A stretch of DNA of 57,628 nt, taken from contig JAGDXY010000005.1 in assembly GCA_023256495.1 (NCBI GenBank), positions 14,485-72,112 on the forward strand, given 5' to 3'. A program made the translations under genes and the position numbers. Each line of letters starts with the position of its first letter. Positions within the stretch are counted from its first letter, which is position 1. The stretch is from Candidatus Micrarchaeota archaeon (GTDB lineage Archaea > Micrarchaeota > Micrarchaeia > Micrarchaeales > CABMGC01). Below, one piece after another: positions 25,716 through 34,087 of the stretch. The notes beneath the pieces were generated by a model that saw only the letters and a list, made by a program, of their open reading frames with translations, did no database searches and was not told the origin of the DNA.

Positions 25716-27070
25716 ATTATCCTACCTAACAAACCCTCTCTACTTAATGAAGGTGCACCGAGTAGATCACCCAATATCTCTAATAACTCATAAGATATTA
25801 TAAATGCTACTGCTAAACCCAATATCTCAGCAACAAAATAAAAGAAAAAACTGATAAATACACCAAGAAGTTGAATTGTAAGAGAGAATAATGAACTAAA
25901 AATCGAGATAAATCCGATAAAAGGAAGAAGATATGAAAACAATGAAATTACCATATTTACTATAATGTTATGAAAACCAGAAGCAGTCGTAGTAGGAATT
26001 ATAACAGTTGTAAGTCTAAGATCAATTTTATTAAGTATTAAAATAAGACTATAAAGCAAAGCAGGGAAAAAGAAATAAATAGAGATAAATGCAGCTATCA
26101 TAGCACCACCTGCAGCTCTAGTCCAAGGAAAAGATCTAAAAACAACGCCAATTAAGAAGAGAATAGGAAATACTTGATATATTATTATAGAGAGAAATGC
26201 AGTTGCAAGCATTAATCCAATAACCCAAATCATAGTATTTATCATAAAACTGATTGTTGTAATTAAAACTGACAAATTAAAAATTGTAAAACTGAATCCA
26301 GGTATAAGTGGTATTAGAACAAAGCCACCAAGAGAAACTAAATTTAGACCATATGGAGCAAGTGAAATACTAAGTGAGTTAATTATATCAAACAAGAATT
26401 TTATAGCAAGAAGTTCAGCATAGAGTCCTATAGAATTGCCAAGATTAGAAATACTTTCTCCACATAATGCAGTAAAGAGTGCTTTATCAGAACTAAATGA
26501 ATTTACTTGTGTGTTTGTTGCATATCCAATAAACTGCGCTATGCCACTAACAATAGAAGGCATGGAGGTAAATAAGAATAATACAAAAATAATAAGTATA
26601 AGATTGAAGATTTGTTCAACGTATTCTGCTTTAGAAAATTGAACTAATTTTGAAAAATTAAAACCAATACCTATTGCATATGCTAAGCCAACTACACTAA
26701 GAACCATTAACGATATTAAAAATGCAATAGATAAAATAGAAGATATATAAGAACTTTTGAGTTGAGGAACTATTCTCTGATTCATCAAAGTACTGCAAAA
26801 CTCATTTTGAATAGAATTAAAATTACCGCTTGGTGAGATTACTATTTGGCCATTTATTGCTGTCGTAGTTGAAGCTGAAGTTGTAGAAGCCGTTGAAGAC
26901 GAAATGCTAGATGTTGAAACAGATATTGGAATTGTTGTAGTTATAGATGTTGTTGGCCTTGGTGAGATAGGTACTCTATATTGCATAGGATAAAAATAGC
27001 TGAGCAAAAAGACATTGTATAATATTAATAAAATAAATGATGGTTCAAAAAGATATTTTTTGTAGTTCAT
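25712..27070 (-). CDS. polytopic membrane protein, paralogue P4 (452 aa)
   Basis: Signature VFRSFPWTRAAGGAMIAAFISIYFFFP. An N-terminal S/T-rich tract reads TTSITTTIPISVSTSSISSSTASTTSASTTT. The C-terminus ends ...LLGRII. Confidence 0.75.
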   Translation of the reverse strand: MNYKKYLFEPSFILLILYNVFLLSYFYPMQYRVPISPRPTTSITTTIPISVSTSSISSSTASTTSASTTTAINGQIVISPSGNFNSIQNEFCSTLMNQRIVPQLKSSYISSILSIAFLISLMVLSVVGLAYAIGIGFNFSKLVQFSKAEYVEQIFNLILIIFVLFLFTSMPSIVSGIAQFIGYATNTQVNSFSSDKALFTALCGESISNLGNSIGLYAELLAIKFLFDIINSLSISLAPYGLNLVSLGGFVLIPLIPGFSFTIFNLSVLITTISFMINTMIWVIGLMLATAFLSIIIYQVFPILFLIGVVFRSFPWTRAAGGAMIAAFISIYFFFPALLYSLILILNKIDLRLTTVIIPTTTASGFHNIIVNMVISLFSYLLPFIGFISIFSSLFSLTIQLLGVFISFFFYFVAEILGLAVAFIISYELLEILGDLLGAPSLSREGLLGRII

Positions 27071-28428
27071 ATTAATCTACTCAAAGGTCCAAGATTTGTC
27101 TCACCGCCTATTAAAGATGATATTCCAATAGATCCGGATATTGTTAAAATAATGTTAAATAAAGGTATTAATAAACCCGCTATTGCTGTATAGCCATATG
27201 CATGAGCCAATGTAAATACAGTATTTAAAGCGTTTTCAGGTCCACAACCACTAATTATTATACCCCCAAATGTATTAACTAAATTTACTACAGAAAATAG
27301 TGCAGTTAATGGAAACGTAACTGGAAGAAGAAATGTAGCTGCATCTTTCACCTCCTCAAGCAATAAGTTACCGTCAATAGGCCAACAACCATAATAATTC
27401 TCTATTTGTGTATCATTTGGTAATATAAACATATTAATAGCATTAAATGTATAGATATTATTAGTATTAACCTGTTTTTGATATATAGTCATAGAAGGTA
27501 GAGAATTTGCGCCTATTGGAGAAAGTTGATTGTTACTAAAACTTACAAATTCTATCATATAAGTAAGAGGTAATATAGAGATTAGACCAATTGCAAATCC
27601 TATAAATAAGCCACCAATCCTTCTAAATACAGGCAAAGAACGTAAGAATATGCCAACACCAAGTAAAAATGGCCATATATAAACTATTGCCCCTAATAAA
27701 ATTAATTCAGCAATCAATAAGTAGTTCATCAAAATTGCTTGTACTATTATTGGTTTTAACATTGTATCTAACAATGAGTATCCAGCAAACACCCTCTCTC
27801 TAGCCGTAATAAATATGTCTGCCTGAGACTCTAGACCTTGAATTTCACATGTTTCACCTATACATAATGCAAACGTTGGAGTTAATTGTGAAAAGAAACT
27901 AACTAAGCCACTAAAGATATAAAGTGCATTGAAGTTGTTCATTTCTTGGTTTGTCACATTTGCCACTATAAAATAAGTAGTAGCTAATCCGTAATCTATT
28001 GCAGCAGTTGAAGGATCTGGTACATTACCATTTGGATTAATTATAGATTCCATTGCAATAAATTCATTACTTGTTTGATTTATTAAACCGAAAGGAGAAT
28101 TCGATAGATATTGGATGAAATACTCATTTATCTGACTTGGTGAAAGTATAGATGAAAATACCTTTGATAAGATAGAACTTATAAACCAGGTAGTTATTAT
28201 TATAATTATAAGAGTATATAATAACTGATAATACTCTAAACGTGCTATATTTTTTATCTTTGAGCTGTTTGCTATTGCCCCTATAATATATACTATAGAT
28301 ATAACTAGTAAACCAGTAATAACACCTAATATTGCTATAGGAATCCAAGAACTAACTACGCTATAACTAGTAATCAAATTCTGCGTTTGAAAGAGCAAAT
28401 ATTCAGCTCCAAAAGCCACTTGGAACAC
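27067..28428 (-). CDS. polytopic membrane protein, paralogue P3 (453 aa)
   Basis: Signature FLRSLPVFRRIGGLFIGFAIGLISILP; the C-terminus ends ...PLSRLI. It overlaps the 3' end of P2 by 26 nt. Confidence 0.75.
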   Translation of the reverse strand: MFQVAFGAEYLLFQTQNLITSYSVVSSWIPIAILGVITGLLVISIVYIIGAIANSSKIKNIARLEYYQLLYTLIIIIITTWFISSILSKVFSSILSPSQINEYFIQYLSNSPFGLINQTSNEFIAMESIINPNGNVPDPSTAAIDYGLATTYFIVANVTNQEMNNFNALYIFSGLVSFFSQLTPTFALCIGETCEIQGLESQADIFITARERVFAGYSLLDTMLKPIIVQAILMNYLLIAELILLGAIVYIWPFLLGVGIFLRSLPVFRRIGGLFIGFAIGLISILPLTYMIEFVSFSNNQLSPIGANSLPSMTIYQKQVNTNNIYTFNAINMFILPNDTQIENYYGCWPIDGNLLLEEVKDAATFLLPVTFPLTALFSVVNLVNTFGGIIISGCGPENALNTVFTLAHAYGYTAIAGLLIPLFNIILTISGSIGISSLIGGETNLGPLSRLI

Positions 28429-29524
28429 CCAATATAGATGGTATAGAGTTTAGGCCTTTATAAATGCCATAGGCAAGTGCTAAAGTAAACATAAAATCTA
28501 TTGCAATTAAAAATATTCCTTCAAAATAAAATACTCCTAAAAGATATGAAAGTTCATACAATATGTTTGGTGGATCAGTTAATGCAGTTAATAATGTTTT
28601 AAGATTGAAGAAACTAAAGAAACCTAATATATCATTAAATATATTCGGCAGTTGGGTTATATTTTGATTAAAAATAGAGTTGAATGTAAAGTCTAGCTCA
28701 TGCGAACTTGCTAGATATACATCAAATGAATCAATATTTTGCATTATATAAGCATCCATTATTATAGTCAAAGGAAGTATAAAATAAAATGCAATAGATA
28801 TAGCTATAAATGCATTTGCAGTATCCCTAAGCTTATTTCCCAAAAATGCAAAAGCTCTTATTATAAGTGCTACAGGTAAAACAAAATTTAATGCTAATGC
28901 CTCTATAACAAACATAATTAAGAGCAATATGAATAATACACCCATTGGTATTATAGCCAAAAACCCGAATACATCGCTTAATAAAACACCATAAATACCA
29001 ATCAAGGCAGCAACCGGCTTTCCTATTGAAAGGCCTACTGAAGCAAATGCTACAGAAGCACTACGAGTAGAAGAAAAAAGAAGGGCTGAATAATAATCGA
29101 GTATTATACCTGCAGCATATAGATTAAAAGAATCCGCAAAAATCTTTACTACTAAATATGTGCCTTGTTGAAACACCATTTGTGACAGATAATATGTTGA
29201 AAATGAAAACGGATTATTGAATCCAAAAGAGCTTGATATCTGTGAACCTATACTACATCCTATAATAGAGAATGAAAATATAGCTGATATTAAAATAATT
29301 CCAAAAACAGCTGTAGCAAACTCGATTTTTGTTATTCCGCTTATCTTTTCTCTTTGCTGTGCTGGGAAAAATCTACCAATTGTATATATAATAGAAGCAA
29401 GCATAAGAGAAAAAAGTATTACCAATATATTTATGTTCACCCAACCTATAGATTGGCTAATGTATTGAAAGCTAGTGCAATAGGTATTTGCATAGATTGT
29501 CTGGAATAATATTGGCATTAGCAT
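28403..29524 (-). CDS. polytopic membrane protein, divergent paralogue P2 (373 aa)
   Basis: Same position and architecture as its neighbours. The signature is degenerate: IIRAFAFLGNKLRDTANAFIAISIAFYFILP. Confidence 0.7.
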   Translation of the reverse strand: MLMPILFQTIYANTYCTSFQYISQSIGWVNINILVILFSLMLASIIYTIGRFFPAQQREKISGITKIEFATAVFGIILISAIFSFSIIGCSIGSQISSSFGFNNPFSFSTYYLSQMVFQQGTYLVVKIFADSFNLYAAGIILDYYSALLFSSTRSASVAFASVGLSIGKPVAALIGIYGVLLSDVFGFLAIIPMGVLFILLLIMFVIEALALNFVLPVALIIRAFAFLGNKLRDTANAFIAISIAFYFILPLTIIMDAYIMQNIDSFDVYLASSHELDFTFNSIFNQNITQLPNIFNDILGFFSFFNLKTLLTALTDPPNILYELSYLLGVFYFEGIFLIAIDFMFTLALAYGIYKGLNSIPSILGVPSGFWS

Positions 29525-29525
29525 A

Positions 29526-30779
29526 TCAAATACCCAATTTTCTTGTTATAGTAGGGCTTATTCCACTTGAACTGCCTAACAACTTTGCTATGTCATTAGT
29601 TAATGAGAGACCTATCACTAGATCTATGATATAAAGTATATATTGTACTATTATATAAACACCATTTCCTATTGGAGCTATCGATATGCCCTGGGCTTGT
29701 GATTGAGTAATAAGGAAGTGATTAAAGAACGGGAATATGCTATTTATTGAAGAAAATGCAAGAAAAATATCTTGAAACGCAGAAATAGAACTGACTAACA
29801 AAGTAACAAGTTGCACTAATAAGTCACTGGCAAATCCATTGGTATTACCTAAATTAACTGTGCTTATACTATAAAATTGCATAGCAATATTTGATATTGG
29901 CGCATTTAAAAAGATTAATAAAGATGGATATATTAAACTTATTCCAATTCCTATACCTATTAGTGTACCGCCTAATGGCCTTAATATAGGAAACGATCTA
30001 AATGCAATGCCTATAGGTATAAAAAGTATTAAGCCCAAAAACATTATAAAATCTAAGAATTTATACTGCAATAAGAATAGTAAAAAGGTATAAAAAGCAA
30101 TGAAATATGTATCAACAATTATAGAATAATTACGCGAAAATATAAAAGAAGTAGTAAGAGATCCAAATACCTCACTATTAAAGAAACTAGATTTGAAACC
30201 CCAATCTACACCAATCGTTACAAATTCTGCTAAGACTGCTACACCTGCATCAGCATCTATAGTAAAAGATCTTAGAAATCCAGAGGCTATTGTAAATATG
30301 TAAAGAAAATAAAGGCTTTGCTCTGTTAGTTCACACCCTTGTTGCAAGTAGTTTGTTCTTACGATATTAGCAAATGCTTCTACCATATTATTAAAATTTA
30401 CCGTATTTGTTTGTGTTGATGCTTGACTTGTTTGTGTTTGTAATGATGTTGTTGTTTGAGCTATATTAACAAGTATAGATGTAATGAACAGAATGATAGA
30501 ATAGATGCTTGCTAGTATTATAAGAGATTTGATTAATTCCCATGATTCATTTTGTGTGACCCACTGCCTTAAACCTATATTTGGAAAAATTGTACCTATC
30601 ATGTAGCCTAAAGCCATTATGGCTAAAGAAAGCATAATACCTATTAAGCCAAGAGATATTGCATTTGTAGTGTTTATAGGAAAAGATAATGTATTAAAAG
30701 AAGTGCAAGGATCAGTATATGTTTGAGCATGCAAAGTAAACAATAACAATAATAATAACAATATGTAAGTATTTTTCAT
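29526..30779 (-). CDS. polytopic membrane protein, paralogue P1 (417 aa)
   Basis: Signal-like N-terminus MKNTYILLLLLLLFTLHAQ followed by Cys. Has a Q/T/S tract QTTTSLQTQTSQASTQTNT. Signature is AFRSFPILRPLGGTLIGIGIGISLIYP. Confidence 0.75.
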   Translation of the reverse strand: MKNTYILLLLLLLFTLHAQTYTDPCTSFNTLSFPINTTNAISLGLIGIMLSLAIMALGYMIGTIFPNIGLRQWVTQNESWELIKSLIILASIYSIILFITSILVNIAQTTTSLQTQTSQASTQTNTVNFNNMVEAFANIVRTNYLQQGCELTEQSLYFLYIFTIASGFLRSFTIDADAGVAVLAEFVTIGVDWGFKSSFFNSEVFGSLTTSFIFSRNYSIIVDTYFIAFYTFLLFLLQYKFLDFIMFLGLILFIPIGIAFRSFPILRPLGGTLIGIGIGISLIYPSLLIFLNAPISNIAMQFYSISTVNLGNTNGFASDLLVQLVTLLVSSISAFQDIFLAFSSINSIFPFFNHFLITQSQAQGISIAPIGNGVYIIVQYILYIIDLVIGLSLTNDIAKLLGSSSGISPTITRKLGI

Positions 30780-30839
30780 ACTATTAAAAATTTGATTAAT
30801 TAACTTATTTAACTTTTCTCTTAATAAAATTTTTATAAT

Positions 30840-31547
30840 TTATAATTTTCTCAATATAGGATATGCTCTTATGTATGCTAATGCTATAAATATAATGAGA
30901 TATGGTAATAAGAATAAAGAAGTTATAATTAATAATATATATTCACCAATCTCGTTTGGTAAGAGCGTAGTTAGTATTGAATCAAATAATAACAAAGAGA
31001 TTAATGCTATAAATAACCATAAAACGAAATAATAAAAGCCATAGCTGCTTTTTATGTATCTTATGTTATCTATTATTGCTCCTTTTATAGACCTATCTTT
31101 TAGTATTATAGAGGCAGGAGAGTAGAATATAAAGATAAATAAAATTAATGCAACTAAATCGCTAAGCAAATGTGAAACTAAATAAGATGCGATGAAAATT
31201 ATATAGAATATAAAGAATAGTATAAAAACCCTTATTGTATATGATTCTATATTTCTAAGGTCCCTTTTCCCAATCTTTGTCTTTGTTTTGATTGATTTAA
31301 CTATCATCACTATTAAAACAAATGCCAAACTAAACAAAGTAAGAGAAAACAAAAAAGAGATTACAATAGATAATATTATTATTGGAGTTAAATCAAAGGA
31401 TCTTATAAAAATACCACCTAAAGCTATAAATGATGGAAGAGGAAAAGCCAATGGAATCAATAATGATATGAAGAATGCTAATGAAAATATTGATACTAAC
31501 TTTATATTCGCTAGATACAATAAAATGCTCTCTTTTAATATGTTCAT
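30840..31547 (-). CDS. polytopic membrane protein (235 aa, about 6 hydrophobic helices by eye)
   Basis: Its ATG directly follows the TAG stop of the MoxR gene. Almost entirely hydrophobic. The segment GGIFIRSFDL weakly echoes the FRSxP signature. Confidence 0.65.
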   Translation of the reverse strand: MNILKESILLYLANIKLVSIFSLAFFISLLIPLAFPLPSFIALGGIFIRSFDLTPIIILSIVISFLFSLTLFSLAFVLIVMIVKSIKTKTKIGKRDLRNIESYTIRVFILFFIFYIIFIASYLVSHLLSDLVALILFIFIFYSPASIILKDRSIKGAIIDNIRYIKSSYGFYYFVLWLFIALISLLLFDSILTTLLPNEIGEYILLIITSLFLLPYLIIFIALAYIRAYPILRKL

Positions 31548-32459
31548 CTAATCAACCGATGCTAAAATACCATCTATAATACCACTAACTCCTATACCAC
31601 CTGTAGCTCTTGTCACTATTCTATGGCTTAGAACTGGTTTTGCTAAGAATGTGACATCATCTTTAATTACTTTGTTTCTTCCTTCTATTAATGCCTTTGC
31701 TTTTGCGCAATTTACTAAAGCAATAATTGCTCTAGGGCTAGCACCCATTACAACATGTATATCGCTTCTTGTGGCATCTACAATCCTAATTATATAATTT
31801 GCTATATCATCATCTAATGATACATTCTTTACCATAGACTGCAAGCTTAGTATTGTCTCTATATCAACTACTTTATTTATCTCTAGTTGTGTATCTTTTT
31901 CCTTTAACCTTATCATCTCTATCTCTTCGTTCTCTGATGGATAGTCTACATTAATCTTCATAATAAACCTATCTGCAAGTACTTTTGGCAATGGTTCTGT
32001 TCCTTCAATATTTAATGGGTTTTGTGTAGCAAATGCAATGAATAGATCAGGTAATTTATAATTTATACCACCTATAGTAACTACTCTCTCTTCTAGCATT
32101 TCTAGAAAGGCGCTCATTGTCTTTGGTGGCGTTCTGTTTAGCTCATCAAGCAAAAGCAAGTTTGTAAATATTGGTCCTTTATGAACTTTTAGGTTGTTGT
32201 CACTAGGGTCTATGTAGGTATAGCCCACTATATCTTGAGGAGTTAAATCAGATGTACCTTGTATTCTCTTAAAATCTGCATTTATAGCACTAGCAAGAGA
32301 TTTTACCATTGTTGTTTTTGCTACACCAGGCACACCCTCTAGCAAAACATGCCCATTTGCAACTAAACCAATAAACATAAGCTTTATTACATCTTCTTTT
32401 CCTGCAATCTTCTTTTTAACCTCTTTTAATACTAAATTATAAACTTCTTGTGGCTCCAA
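31548..32459 (-). CDS. MoxR-family AAA+ ATPase
   Basis: HVLLEGVPGVAKT (Walker A), FKRIQGTSDLTPQDIVG, LLLLDELNRTPPKT (Walker B) and ATQNPLNIEGTEPLPKVLADRF. Confidence 0.9.
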   Translation of the reverse strand: MEPQEVYNLVLKEVKKKIAGKEDVIKLMFIGLVANGHVLLEGVPGVAKTTMVKSLASAINADFKRIQGTSDLTPQDIVGYTYIDPSDNNLKVHKGPIFTNLLLLDELNRTPPKTMSAFLEMLEERVVTIGGINYKLPDLFIAFATQNPLNIEGTEPLPKVLADRFIMKINVDYPSENEEIEMIRLKEKDTQLEINKVVDIETILSLQSMVKNVSLDDDIANYIIRIVDATRSDIHVVMGASPRAIIALVNCAKAKALIEGRNKVIKDDVTFLAKPVLSHRIVTRATGGIGVSGIIDGILASVD

Positions 32460-32530
32460 GGGTTATCACTATTAAAAATTTGAACGAAAGGTTTTAAATC
32501 TATTACTTAACTAATTATATTAAGAGCTCT

Positions 32531-32881
32531 ATGATAGGAAAAGAAGTTAAAAGTAGTTCATATCTTGCATTAGGTGAAGTAAAGGAATTATTAGAAGAAA
32601 GGAAGAAGGAAGGAGAGTTAGGCTATGAGCAGCTAGAAGCATATGAATATGTAAAGAAGTTTGCAAAACTCAATGCAAAAGAATCTAGAGAATTAATAGA
32701 AAAGATAATGAATTATAGCATTAGCGAAAAGGCAGCAGCAATTATAGCAAATATATTGCCAGATAATCCATTACAAGTAAAGCAAATATTGAGCATTGAA
32801 AAGAATGAAGTAAATGATGAGATAGTTAGCAAGATAATAGAGATAGTAAAAGAATATAGTGGTAAGCATGGTGATAAATAA
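32531..32881 (+). CDS. rpoF: DNA-directed RNA polymerase subunit F (Rpo4)
   Basis: MIGKEV...LGEVKELLEERKKEG...AYEYVKKFAKLNAKESRELIEKIM...ANILPDN follows the Rpo4/RpoF pattern. It is followed by a DUF655-like gene, as is common in archaea. Confidence 0.8.
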   Translation: MIGKEVKSSSYLALGEVKELLEERKKEGELGYEQLEAYEYVKKFAKLNAKESRELIEKIMNYSISEKAAAIIANILPDNPLQVKQILSIEKNEVNDEIVSKIIEIVKEYSGKHGDK

Positions 32882-33441
32882 TGGATCAACTAGAGGAGTA
32901 TGCTTTAGTATTATCTTATCTACCTACAGGAAAGCCTACTTCACCAAAACCAGAGCCGTTGGTCCAATTAATTGGTGAATCTTATTTTACTTTACTAGAA
33001 GCTATTCCAAAAGTAAATGATATAAAAATTGGCGAGAGAGTATATATAGGCAAAGGAGATAGACCTAAAATAAAGATAATAAAAGGAAGAATAAGCTATA
33101 ATGATCTAACACAAGGGGCTATAGATGAGCTTCCTAGGCTTATAGAAGAAATAATAAGAAGCAATGAGAAGAGATTTGTTGACTTTTTTAACAACGCTGG
33201 CCCAATAAACATAAGAATGCATTCTTTAGAGCTACTTCCAGGCATAGGAAAAAGACATTTGGATGCTATATTAAAGGAAAGAGAAACAAAGCCTTTTGAA
33301 AGCTTTGAAGACATTGAAAAAAGGGTTCCTCTACTCTCAAATCCTGTAAAACTACTTGTAGAGAGGGTATTAATAGAGCTAAAAGGAGAGACTAGATTCT
33401 ATATATTAACAAAACAGTTCCAGAAAAAAGAATTTAGCTAA
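32881..33441 (+). CDS. DUF655-family protein (OB-like plus HhH)
   Basis: VLSYLPTGKP...LVQLIGESYFTLLEA at the N-terminus and an HhH motif LELLPGIGKRHLDAILKER. Its start overlaps the rpoF stop (TAATG). Confidence 0.75.
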   Translation: MDQLEEYALVLSYLPTGKPTSPKPEPLVQLIGESYFTLLEAIPKVNDIKIGERVYIGKGDRPKIKIIKGRISYNDLTQGAIDELPRLIEEIIRSNEKRFVDFFNNAGPINIRMHSLELLPGIGKRHLDAILKERETKPFESFEDIEKRVPLLSNPVKLLVERVLIELKGETRFYILTKQFQKKEFS

Positions 33442-33724
33442 GCTTCTCTAGATGTAATGGTTCTACTATGAGCTTCCTTTTTGCATGCTTGCCTAGCTCT
33501 ATCTCTACTACATAAGCTTTTCCTCTCTTTTCAATTATAGTACCTACCCTGCCTCTATATTTTGGATGTGGTATTGTCTTGTCTACCTTTTTTGGTAATA
33601 TAACTACTTTATCTCCTACTTTAAGATCCTTTATATAATCAGTAATTGTAAGTGTTGATGGCTTATGGTGCTTTACCAATGTTCTACTTCTACCTGATAA
33701 AAGACCTCTTGAGCGCTCTACCAT
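33434..33724 (-). CDS. rpl21e: ribosomal protein L21e
   Basis: MVERSRGLLSGRSRT...VGDKVVI...HPKYRGRVGTIIEKRGKAYVVEI matches L21e. ATG 33724 is preferred over the TTG at 33733. Confidence 0.9.
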   Translation of the reverse strand: MVERSRGLLSGRSRTLVKHHKPSTLTITDYIKDLKVGDKVVILPKKVDKTIPHPKYRGRVGTIIEKRGKAYVVEIELGKHAKRKLIVEPLHLEKLS

Positions 33725-33796
33725 ATTTATCAAATAAGTTTTTGTAATAAAGATATTTATAAATATTACTGATTTAAATTTATTTTAGGGATTTAC

Positions 33797-34087
33797 ATGA
33801 CAAAGATATTAAAGCCAAAATTTAAAATAGAGAATATAGTAGCAAGTGCAGATTTAGGTGTAGAATTAGATCTATATGGCATAGCAAAGGCGTCAAAGAA
33901 TGTAGATTATGAGCCTGAGCAGTTTCCAGGAGCAATATGTAAAATAGATAAGCCAAAAGCATCTTTATTACTATTTAAAAATGGTAAGATTATATGCACA
34001 GGTGCCAAATCTGAAAAGGAAATAGAAGAGGCATTAGAGAAAGTAATAAAGATTGTAGAGGGCCATACGTTAACTGCCCCTCAATAG
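33797..34087 (+). CDS. single-repeat TATA-box-binding-protein-like protein (half-TBP, 96 aa)
   Basis: IENIVASADLGVELDL, YEPEQFPGAICKI and LLLFKNGKIICTGAKSEKE are the hallmark segments of one TBP repeat. The ORF ends after one repeat and the next gene is on the other strand. Confidence 0.8.
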   Translation: MTKILKPKFKIENIVASADLGVELDLYGIAKASKNVDYEPEQFPGAICKIDKPKASLLLFKNGKIICTGAKSEKEIEEALEKVIKIVEGHTLTAPQ

